Origin: a virus
Lineage: Duplodnaviria; Heunggongvirae; Uroviricota; Caudoviricetes
DNA: 64,000 nucleotides
Direction: 5' to 3' (one strand)
Virus record (IMG/VR): IMGVR_UViG_3300044951_001136
Made by a program: the position numbers and the translations under genes. Positions 37,063-44,967 of the stretch are shown piece after piece (positions within the stretch are counted from its first letter, which is position 1; each line of letters opens with the position of its first letter). The notes beneath the pieces were generated by a model. That model was not told the DNA's origin and made no database searches. It was given only the letters and a program-made list of their open reading frames with translations.

Positions 37063-38787
37063 TTAAGGTTGTGGGGGAATTGGATCTGGTTGTAATGCTA
37101 GGGCAGTAGACAATGCTTGGCGTTGCGGAACATATGTACCGTCAGTAAGTTTTGTCTGTGCGGTATCATTGATGAAACCTGATAACAACGATTGATCTTG
37201 TGCAGTGAATCCCGTATCTGTTCTTATATTAGATGATATTCTAACCCATACTCTACCGTCCCAACGATATAATAGTTGTGGGAAGTAATCAATTCGTAAG
37301 AAATAATCACCTACTTGGGGACTTGTTGGGAAACTGATGCCAGCACCGGAAATAGAAGCACCATCTGAGACTCCATTAGGAGCGGTCCCATCACCTGTCA
37401 TATAACCGGCACTATAACCAAAACTACGTGGACTACTACGAGAAATAAATTGAAATGCAGGATCACAATCTGCTCTCCAATCCATTTGTTGACTAATTGT
37501 TCCGGTAAATCCCGGAAGTTCAGGGTTAGCATCAGCAGTGGCGTATGTATTATCCGCGGTGCCATATGGCCCCGTGCTTGGTCCGCTACTAGTAACAGTT
37601 AGTACTATTTCACCACTAACTCTACCTGAATTTGTATCTGTTCTTTCTGGTGCTAGTGTGAATGTTTCTAAATGAGTGGTATTGAATACCTCTAATTTAT
37701 CATACCCCATGTCAGCAGTCATATCCCAAATACTTTTTATTGCTGCCTTAGGTATTCTGATTACTGGACTTGCATTTTTATATAGGCTACTACTCACCAT
37801 CATCACTGTACCTGTATAAGCAGGATTAGGTACTCCGCCATTTGTGTTTACATTGATAGGCGGAGCAGGATTGTTAATTGCTCTGGATAATACACCGTTA
37901 CTTGAATATTCCCCGTATGTAGGTACAATATACAAATTATTACTATTGTAGCCTGATTTTGGAACAAGCCTGGCAGCTTCTTGAAGTGCAGCATTATTGA
38001 TTGCAATGTTGGTATTGTAAGTAGCAAGAATATCTTTGAGATTATCTGCTGTATCCAGTTGCCAATATGTAGTATTAGGTGGGGTAATCCCTGCAGGAAC
38101 ATCAATCAATGCCGTATAATTTTTGTCACCGTAAGTAATAACATATCCTGCAGGGTACGGACTGGCAATATCCCAAATACCCAAGTAAGTATCTTGGTCT
38201 ATCGGAGCAGTTAATATCTGACTAAATTCTTCACTATCAACTAGTGGTTCACACTTTATACGCCATATATGAGGGAACCAAGTTGGGCTGAAACCTTCAC
38301 TTGCATAGTTTGCATCGGTAACCTGCATGAATCGCTTCAATGCGGTTGGTATAGTTTCTTTTAACGGATTATAATCAAGCAAGTGCGGTAACTCAATCAC
38401 ATCGCCTACCATCAATTTTCTACCAACTAAATCAATCATATCATTATAATGAACCGTAATGAATATGATATCATTGTTTAAGAATAATCCAAACTGACTC
38501 AAATCAAAGTCTAAATTCTGTACATTATAGTGACCACGCACACGGTAAACATTTGGGTCGTATGTTCTGTCACGATTCTCTAGAAATAACAAGTCTTGAA
38601 TGTTAGTGGGGCTTAATACATCATAGTTTGGTTGTGTATAATCAGTTGAAGTGCCCTGATTGGTAGGGCCTAGGTATTTATGAACATACAAATCCGTGGC
38701 ACCTGCGGTGAACTGTTCTGATATCGTTCTATCAAAAAAGTTGTAGTCGTTCGTTTTATTGGGGCGCCAAAGGCTTAATCTAGGCAT
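37063..38787 (-). CDS. neck/head-closure protein (T4 gp14-like) with inserted CBM-like module
   Basis: LLFLENRDRTYD...LSQFGLFL...VGDVIELPH; adjacent to gp15-like gene; late promoter 38815-38808. Confidence 0.65.
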   Translation of the reverse strand: MPRLSLWRPNKTNDYNFFDRTISEQFTAGATDLYVHKYLGPTNQGTSTDYTQPNYDVLSPTNIQDLLFLENRDRTYDPNVYRVRGHYNVQNLDFDLSQFGLFLNNDIIFITVHYNDMIDLVGRKLMVGDVIELPHLLDYNPLKETIPTALKRFMQVTDANYASEGFSPTWFPHIWRIKCEPLVDSEEFSQILTAPIDQDTYLGIWDIASPYPAGYVITYGDKNYTALIDVPAGITPPNTTYWQLDTADNLKDILATYNTNIAINNAALQEAARLVPKSGYNSNNLYIVPTYGEYSSNGVLSRAINNPAPPINVNTNGGVPNPAYTGTVMMVSSSLYKNASPVIRIPKAAIKSIWDMTADMGYDKLEVFNTTHLETFTLAPERTDTNSGRVSGEIVLTVTSSGPSTGPYGTADNTYATADANPELPGFTGTISQQMDWRADCDPAFQFISRSSPRSFGYSAGYMTGDGTAPNGVSDGASISGAGISFPTSPQVGDYFLRIDYFPQLLYRWDGRVWVRISSNIRTDTGFTAQDQSLLSGFINDTAQTKLTDGTYVPQRQALSTALALQPDPIPPQP

Positions 38788-38846
38788 AATTAATTCACTT
38801 TATTACTTATTTATCGTAAATATAGATGACGGGGTATTACCAAAAC

Positions 38847-38875
38847 TTGACATTAAATGGTTTTGGTGCTATAAT
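38847..38875 (+). promoter_or_regulatory. early sigma70 promoter
   Basis: TTGACA-17-TATAAT; 47 bp (38847-38893) identical to 39154-39200. Confidence 0.9.
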
Positions 38876-38907
38876 AGAATCTTAGACAGTAAAGAATAGG
38901 AAACAAA

Positions 38908-39135
38908 ATGCGTAGTTTTACTTTTGATCTAGTAGACATGATGGATGCTAATGGGCGTTGCCGCACAGTTGAAGGTGCTAAGTGGAATAAGCTAGCACTC
39001 AAGATGGTCAGTGAGGGTCGTGCTACTCTTGTAGAAAACAGCCGATCAATGACCGGATCCGGGACCGCATTTAGTAAATCGCATGATGTATGTTATTTGC
39101 GTTTCAACAAGACAGTTACCGAAAAGGTAAACTAA
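38908..39135 (+). CDS. early hypothetical protein (75 aa)
   Basis: AGGA RBS under its own promoter. Confidence 0.75.
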   Translation: MRSFTFDLVDMMDANGRCRTVEGAKWNKLALKMVSEGRATLVENSRSMTGSGTAFSKSHDVCYLRFNKTVTEKVN

Positions 39136-39153
39136 AAGTAGTATACTCTAAAT

Positions 39154-39182
39154 TTGACATTAAATGGTTTTGGTGCTATAAT
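39154..39182 (+). promoter_or_regulatory. early sigma70 promoter
   Basis: TTGACA-17-TATAAT. Confidence 0.9.
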
Positions 39183-39215
39183 AGAATCTTAGACAGTAAA
39201 CAAACGGAGTAAATT

Positions 39216-39473
39216 ATGTCAGCATTACAAGCATACATTGACCAAAAGAACAAATGGAACCGATTGTTCAAAGGCAAAGAATATGAGTTTGAAACTGCTA
39301 AGGGTCGGCAGGGCATTGCCAACAGCCTTGATGCTGACTTGAGCCCAGAGAACTTGTCCTGCGATGGCGAACTGAGCCGCACCCAAGTTAACGCACGATT
39401 CAAACAATTGATGGCCGCAGCAACTCAGTTGAAAAAACTGGATCCTAGCATTTGTATCTACGAATTAGGTTGA
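39216..39473 (+). CDS. early hypothetical protein (85 aa)
   Basis: GGAG RBS; stop TGA lies inside the next TTGACA. Confidence 0.8.
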   Translation: MSALQAYIDQKNKWNRLFKGKEYEFETAKGRQGIANSLDADLSPENLSCDGELSRTQVNARFKQLMAAATQLKKLDPSICIYELG

Positions 39474-39498
39474 CATTAAATGATTTTGGGTATATAAT
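39470..39498 (+). promoter_or_regulatory. early sigma70 promoter
   Basis: TTGACA-17-TATAAT. Confidence 0.9.
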
Positions 39499-39528
39499 AC
39501 TCTTATCAACTCGCAAAACGGAACAAAA

Positions 39529-39678
39529 ATGTCTTATATTCAACAAGCAATCCGCGAATGGGCTTGGATCGTGGGCGAGGAACGCCCGGATCAGCAATGG
39601 CTACTGACAGACTACGATTCATGGGTACCCAACCCGCACTATCGCGGTCCTGATCAAGGTCATCCCGAAGATTACTAA
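39529..39678 (+). CDS. early hypothetical protein (49 aa, below ORF-track cutoff)
   Basis: MSYIQQAIREWAWIVGEERPDQQWLLTDYDSWVPNPHYRGPDQGHPEDY*; fills the slot between two promoters; GGA RBS. Confidence 0.75.
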   Translation: MSYIQQAIREWAWIVGEERPDQQWLLTDYDSWVPNPHYRGPDQGHPEDY

Positions 39679-39689
39679 GATTAAGCAGG

Positions 39690-39718
39690 TTGACATTAAA
39701 TAGTTTTGGGTGTATAAT
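39690..39718 (+). promoter_or_regulatory. early sigma70 promoter
   Basis: TTGACA-17-TATAAT. Confidence 0.9.
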
Positions 39719-39751
39719 ACATACTTAGACAGTTAATTAAAGGACAACGCA

Positions 39752-39958
39752 ATGAATCAAATTCAGTATATCGCAGATGGTTACAACAAGAACCGTGAGC
39801 GGGTAGTTCTGTGGCGTACTGGCAACTATCAGTATCAACTGGAAGTTGCTGGCAAAAATACCAATTTCTCTGCTGAATATTATGATGCATTGGAGCGTTT
39901 CAAATCTCAAGTAGTTGAAGTGGTAGAAACTCCGGAAGATTTTGCTACTGTGGCTTGA
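39752..39958 (+). CDS. early hypothetical protein (68 aa)
   Basis: AAGGA RBS. Confidence 0.75.
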   Translation: MNQIQYIADGYNKNRERVVLWRTGNYQYQLEVAGKNTNFSAEYYDALERFKSQVVEVVETPEDFATVA

Positions 39959-40227
39959 AGGACAATATGATGAACTGTTTCCAAACCGTAGCATCTAATC
40001 TGCGTAACACAATCATGGGCAAGGAATTGCTGTTGGACACATACCAGAATCCATCAGTAAATCCTTACCCTAAAGGTGTAAAAGAAATGATGATTCAGAT
40101 GTTAGGAATCAACATTGGCGAACTACGGCGTATCTTGCAGGATGTGGAACAATGTATTTCCAAGGAACCTGAGTTCTCTGACGAGGATGACAAAGAAACC
40201 CGTATGGTGATTAGTGCAGGGCGGTAA
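39955..40227 (+). CDS. hypothetical protein
   Basis: Overlaps the upstream stop; start may be a downstream ATG after AAGGA. Confidence 0.65.
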   Translation: MKDNMMNCFQTVASNLRNTIMGKELLLDTYQNPSVNPYPKGVKEMMIQMLGINIGELRRILQDVEQCISKEPEFSDEDDKETRMVISAGR

Positions 40228-40235
40228 AATAAGTT

Positions 40236-40264
40236 TTGACATTAAGTGCAATCACTGTTATAAT
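40236..40264 (+). promoter_or_regulatory. early sigma70 promoter
   Basis: TTGACA-17-TATAAT. Confidence 0.85.
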
Positions 40265-40291
40265 CTACTTTAGACAAAGATAGGAATCAAC

Positions 40292-41458
40292 ATGGCTACA
40301 CGCAAACATACGGATGAGCATTTTGTAAAAGCACTCAACCCACGTGATGCTGATACAAAATATATGGGTGAAGAACCTTTCTTCCCACTTCAACCTAATA
40401 CCGAAGCACGATTCTCGGCTCTTGCCCGCAGCTTTACTTGGTACACCCGATTCTATAGCAAAAAAGATGCTAGGGATTTGATGGCACAATATCTAGATTA
40501 CAATAAACGCCCTGATGAAGCCAAATTGCTTAGGAAAGTGCATGAAAGTGAATTCATTCTGACATTGTGCTGGATAGCACGAATGACAATGCGCGGGCTA
40601 GAATTGACTGAGCATGAAGAACTTGCCTTGCAAAATGACATCAAACGACTGATCAAGACACTAACCGAAACAGAAGTGAAAACTAGTCAAACTAGTATTG
40701 CTAAGGAAACTGTAGTAGCAACACGCCCCAATATTCAGGAAATTCTAAAAGAAAAGGCGGGAGAAGCAGCAGGTGAAATGGAAGGGATGATTGACGATTT
40801 TGTTACTAAAGGTAAAGCAACAGAAAAGACAGTTGATATCGTGGCAAAATATAATGTTATGCCACAGCATATCCCAATCATTGTTGAAATCTGGAAACGC
40901 AAACAAGCTGAATTTCAGAAACTTTCTGACGGTGACGAGTATCTTAAAGAGGGTTACAGGTTTCTAGGTAAGGTTCAGATTCGTAACATTCTCAAATTCA
41001 TTGATGGGGTTCTCAGTGACTTGAACAGCTACATTAGCATTAAGAAAGCAAGCAAGGCTCCTCGCAAGAAGAAGGCTGTACCTGTTGAAAAGATTGTTGC
41101 TAAATTGAAATACTTGAAGGTGTTCAAGGATGCGGCTGCAAAGCTAGACTTGATTAGCATTCACCCTACAAAGTTGCATGGTGCAAGTGAAGCGTGGGCC
41201 TATGATACTGCAAAGCGGCGCCTTCATCACTACATTGCTGATGAGTATAGCAAGGTGTTTACTGTTAAGGGTAGTACACTGCTAGGATTTGATTCAGCAA
41301 AGAGCGAAGTCAAAACACTACGCAAACCAGGGGAACAACTTAAAGAAGTTATGGGGAGCAAGCCGGCTGCACGAAAATATTTCACAGATATTAAAGCAGT
41401 AGCCTCTACGCCGAATGGCAGGTTTAATGAGTCAATGATAATTTTGAAAGCATGGTAA
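40292..41458 (+). CDS. conserved hypothetical T4-like phage protein (388 aa)
   Basis: Basic helical protein ending KTLRKP...NGRFNE; function not recognised. Confidence 0.75.
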   Translation: MATRKHTDEHFVKALNPRDADTKYMGEEPFFPLQPNTEARFSALARSFTWYTRFYSKKDARDLMAQYLDYNKRPDEAKLLRKVHESEFILTLCWIARMTMRGLELTEHEELALQNDIKRLIKTLTETEVKTSQTSIAKETVVATRPNIQEILKEKAGEAAGEMEGMIDDFVTKGKATEKTVDIVAKYNVMPQHIPIIVEIWKRKQAEFQKLSDGDEYLKEGYRFLGKVQIRNILKFIDGVLSDLNSYISIKKASKAPRKKKAVPVEKIVAKLKYLKVFKDAAAKLDLISIHPTKLHGASEAWAYDTAKRRLHHYIADEYSKVFTVKGSTLLGFDSAKSEVKTLRKPGEQLKEVMGSKPAARKYFTDIKAVASTPNGRFNESMIILKAW

Positions 41459-41898
41459 TGAATATAGATTTAAACAAATACAAAGATTTCGTAGAAGCTG
41501 TAACAAGCAAAGCAAGCAATGACTTGACTACATTTATGGATACATGTGATCGGCTTGATGCTAATTACGAATTAGTTGACGGTGAGATGAAGCACGGTCC
41601 TGATGTTAACATCCCGTTGCTACTTACTGCATGTTTGGGATTAGCCGCAGAAAGTGGTGAATTTATTGAAGTGCCCAAGAAGATCATTTTTCAGGGTAAA
41701 CCCCTCACTGATGAAAATGTCTTCCATATGAAACGTGAACTCGGTGACATTATGTGGTACTGGATAAATGCATGTCGTGCATTGAAACTTGATCCTAATG
41801 AAGTAATTGCAGAGAATGTACGCAAACTAGAGTCACGCTACCCCGGTGGAAAGTTTGACGCATTGTATAGCGAGAATCGTAAAGCTAATGATATTTAA
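41458..41898 (+). CDS. mazG: MazG-like NTP pyrophosphohydrolase
   Basis: GLAAESGEFIEVPKK...KRELGDIMWY; TAATG overlap. Confidence 0.88.
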   Translation: MNIDLNKYKDFVEAVTSKASNDLTTFMDTCDRLDANYELVDGEMKHGPDVNIPLLLTACLGLAAESGEFIEVPKKIIFQGKPLTDENVFHMKRELGDIMWYWINACRALKLDPNEVIAENVRKLESRYPGGKFDALYSENRKANDI

Positions 41899-41900
41899 TA

Positions 41901-41923
41901 AGTAGGGCAGTAGCCCTACTTTC
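41901..41923 (+). terminator. hairpin/terminator after mazG
   Basis: AGTAGGGC-AGTA-GCCCTACT-TTC. Confidence 0.65.
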
Positions 41924-41924
41924 A

Positions 41925-42340
41925 TTATTGGCTTATAGGCAGCGCCGCCTTGAAGTGTGCCATTAATCCGTCCACAATCCATGCGGTGACGGTAGTTAAG
42001 ATGAATGCCAACATCCAATTTACAGGACTACCCTTCGGGATGCCTAAACGCCTGCTCACTAGCAGTTCACGTTTCCTGTACCTTACTGGTTGAGATAGAG
42101 TAATCTACTATAAGCATTGCCGCGTCATAGTGATAGCGATAGAGGGCGCGGGCTGGTTAAATCTACCTGATGAATTGAAGATTTAACACACAGCGAATAC
42201 GGCAAAATCCCTTTACGGGTTAGTGAGACATAGACAATCCTCCACTGTAATTTTTGAATTCATCATCGCACTCCCGTAAGGGCCTCAGGAATAGACACCT
42301 TTTTGGCGAGTAGGTATTTTATATCTACTCGCCTTTGCCT
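41925..42340. ncRNA. candidate structured non-coding RNA (strand unresolved)
   Basis: About 420 nt without a credible ORF, GC-richer than other spacers, at least eight complementary segments including UUCG and GNRA hairpins. Confidence 0.45.
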
Positions 42341-42398
42341 AGAAATAGAATAAACAAATCAGTAATACCCAGATAAATACACTTATTAGGTAACATAT

Positions 42399-43196
42399 AT
42401 GTCAACATATCCAACAGCATCAGTTCTTTCTACACCAACTGGATTAAACCTAGATGAATTAAAAGAGTTATTATTCACTAATTTAAGATATCGTTTAGGT
42501 GATGGTATGATTGACCTTGAATTAGACCCGCAGCATTATGAAGCAGCATACACCTATGCCATAAAGATATATCGTCAAAGGGCACAAGCAGCCACTGAGG
42601 AATCGTACATATTGATGACTATTGAGAAAAATGTAGATACATATACTCTTCCCGCAGAGTTTATCAATGTTAGAAGTATTTTCCGTAGATCAATTGGTTT
42701 AGAAACAGGCCCGTCAAGTAGTAGTTTTGATCCTTTCTCCAGTGCTATTTTGAATACATACTTACTTAACTATAACTATGCCGGTGGTATGGCAACATAT
42801 GATTTCTATGCAGGGTATGTTAAATTAGCAGCAAGAATGTTTGGTGGTTATGTAACATATACATTTAATCCAGTGTCCAAAGTATTGCGTATTGTGCGAG
42901 ATCCAAAAGGATCAGGGGAACATGTATTGATATGGGCCGATGTACAAAAGACAGAAGAAATATTACTGCAAGACCCGGGTGCTGGAGTATGGATCGGTGA
43001 CTTTGTTTTAGCTAATCTTAAACTTATGATCGGAGAAGCCCGTGAAAAATTTGGAACTATTGCTGGTCCGGGTGGTGGCACATCATTGAACGGTACTGCT
43101 ATGAAAGCAGAAGGTAAAGCAGCAATGGAATTACTCATTGAAGATTTGAAGAAGTATGTGGATTTTTCTTTTCCCTTAACGTGGGTCCAAGGTTAG
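42399..43196 (+). CDS. neck/head-tail adaptor protein (T4 gp13-like)
   Basis: RYRLGDGMIDLELDPQHYE...GTIAGPGGGTSLNG..MKAEG; late promoter 42372-42379. Confidence 0.75.
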   Translation: MSTYPTASVLSTPTGLNLDELKELLFTNLRYRLGDGMIDLELDPQHYEAAYTYAIKIYRQRAQAATEESYILMTIEKNVDTYTLPAEFINVRSIFRRSIGLETGPSSSSFDPFSSAILNTYLLNYNYAGGMATYDFYAGYVKLAARMFGGYVTYTFNPVSKVLRIVRDPKGSGEHVLIWADVQKTEEILLQDPGAGVWIGDFVLANLKLMIGEAREKFGTIAGPGGGTSLNGTAMKAEGKAAMELLIEDLKKYVDFSFPLTWVQG

Positions 43197-43263
43197 GATA
43201 ACCTAAACAGTTTTCTTTTTCATACTCCTGTAATATAATAAGTAATATAGGAGCATTTCACAT

Positions 43264-43926
43264 ATGATTATTTTGGGGATCACCGGATTGATAGGATCTG
43301 GCAAAGACACCATTGCAGATTATCTCACCACACAGCATGGTTTCAAACGAGTCAGCTTTGCTGCTAGTCTTAAAGATGCAGTAGCAGCAGTTTTTGGATG
43401 GAATCGTGAGTATCTAGAAGGCACAACAAAAGCCAGCAGAGCATGGAGGGAGAAAAAAGATGAATGGTGGAGTAATCGTCTAGGTATGAACATTACTCCA
43501 AGATGGATTCTACAGTATTGGGGAACAGATGTATGTCGTAACCATTTTCATAATGCCATCTGGGTAGCAAGTGTAGAACACAAACTCTTAAACTCTAAAG
43601 AAGATGTTGTAATCACAGACTGTAGGTTTGACAATGAAGTTGCTGCTATTAAAAATGCAGGTGGAATAGCTATTAGAGTACAGCGTGGACCAAATCCTGA
43701 ATGGTATGATGCTGCAATTGCATATAATAGAGGACCAGATGGTAATTCATATTGGGCACTAAGTAAAATGAAGTTAGACAAACTAAAAATTCATGCTAGT
43801 GAGTACAGCAGCATAGGATTAAAATATGATTATGTTGTTGAAAATAATGGAACAATTGATGAGTTACATACCAAGATTCATACTATTATCAATAGTCAAT
43901 CTCAAGGTCTCCCCGTCTCCAAGTAA
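43264..43926 (+). CDS. deoxynucleoside monophosphate kinase (T4 gp1-like)
   Basis: GITGLIGSGKDT, SFAASLKD, PRWILQYWGTD, ITDCRFDNE. Confidence 0.9.
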   Translation: MIILGITGLIGSGKDTIADYLTTQHGFKRVSFAASLKDAVAAVFGWNREYLEGTTKASRAWREKKDEWWSNRLGMNITPRWILQYWGTDVCRNHFHNAIWVASVEHKLLNSKEDVVITDCRFDNEVAAIKNAGGIAIRVQRGPNPEWYDAAIAYNRGPDGNSYWALSKMKLDKLKIHASEYSSIGLKYDYVVENNGTIDELHTKIHTIINSQSQGLPVSK

Positions 43927-44833
43927 TCTCTTTCTTTTTCACAACTTCTATGCAGTTTAAGCAAATGCTGCGTAGATTAGTTTGTTCATTGTGATCCAAG
44001 TGCCCATCAACATGAAATACTGTTATTTGTGTAACGAATAAACTCTTAAAGCCACATAAATCACATGTGGCTTTTTTCTTATAACCACTCTTAGTCCAAT
44101 TGGCTTTTTGTGGTTTTTGCTTCTGCTTCTTCCTACTACATTCATCACATATGCTTCTGTAATGTGTAACACCGGCACGTTTATAGTTCACTGCTGCGTG
44201 ATTCTTGTTACATTTATTGCAGAATGGCCGATTATTGTAATTGGGTTTTGAACCGTATGTGCCGTTGTCTATTGCTTTTTGTTTTCTTCTATCACGCTCG
44301 CCGACCCGCCTTTTTATTTTTTCTTCATTTTCTAATTTTTTAATTTCTTTGACCTTATTTTTTTCTTCCAGTTGACGAATTTTGGATAGCCGGTTTAGTT
44401 CTCGTTGATGCAATCTTTCTTCTCTTTTTTTGTTTCTTTCAAGTCGTTTTGCTTCATTGAAAGGTGCAATTGACGCTTTTTGTTTTTGGATGGATTCTTT
44501 ACTTTTAGGTCTGCCTTTTGTCCAACCTGGTCCTCTATGTCCACCGGGAGCAATGTTCCATCCAGTTGCTTTTTTTGGTCTTAGTATTTCTTCCATTTCA
44601 TAGCAATAAGATTCTTCACCGCATAAGATAACATCTTTGATTAGATTGTCCCATCCATATTTCCTAACTGCATGTATTAGATGTGGATTTTTATGTTTCT
44701 TGTTATTAATGTCATTCAAATGTCCTTTTAACCTACGGGCATAATCTTTAGAGACTCCAACATATCCGTCGGTAGCTGCATTAGTGTGTTCCGGTAGATG
44801 TATCCAATAGATAACAGTACTTTTTATATTCAT
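43889..44833 (-). CDS. GIY-YIG endonuclease fused to C-terminal zinc-finger/HNH-like domain
   Basis: IYWI...GYVG...R..H, E..I...GWNIAPGG; C-terminal CxxC pairs and HVDGHLDHNEQTNLRSICLNC; TATAAATA at 44872-44865. Confidence 0.8.
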   Translation of the reverse strand: MNIKSTVIYWIHLPEHTNAATDGYVGVSKDYARRLKGHLNDINNKKHKNPHLIHAVRKYGWDNLIKDVILCGEESYCYEMEEILRPKKATGWNIAPGGHRGPGWTKGRPKSKESIQKQKASIAPFNEAKRLERNKKREERLHQRELNRLSKIRQLEEKNKVKEIKKLENEEKIKRRVGERDRRKQKAIDNGTYGSKPNYNNRPFCNKCNKNHAAVNYKRAGVTHYRSICDECSRKKQKQKPQKANWTKSGYKKKATCDLCGFKSLFVTQITVFHVDGHLDHNEQTNLRSICLNCIEVVKKKEITWRRGDLEIDY

Positions 44834-44967
44834 GTAATTTCCTAAATACCTTTGAAGATATGCTTATTTATAAAAATGCAAGCAATTTGTTATTTTTTAA
44901 ATTTTTTGCTAAATAATAGTATGCAATTAGGTTGTAAACCTCAGAATTTTACTAAAGGAAAAATAAA

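Noticed and set aside
8127-40264. CRISPR-like repeat-spacer arrays at the promoter clusters
   Set aside because: The repeats are sigma70 promoters and the spacers are 200-500 bp ORFs of unequal length; no cas genes.
41833-42018. 61-aa minus-strand ORF in the mazG/non-coding junction
   Set aside because: Overlaps mazG antisense and its terminator, has no RBS and no recognisable motif.
42156-42187. Hammerhead ribozyme suggested by CTGATGA at 42167-42173
   Set aside because: It sits in the loop of a single 9-bp stem; no stem II followed by GAAA and no three-way junction.
42062-42240. Group I intron suggested by GCAGTTCAC and GAGACATAGAC resembling R/S elements
   Set aside because: The P7-forming AGACUA/UAGUC pair is absent and the region interrupts no gene; kept only as an unassigned structured RNA candidate.
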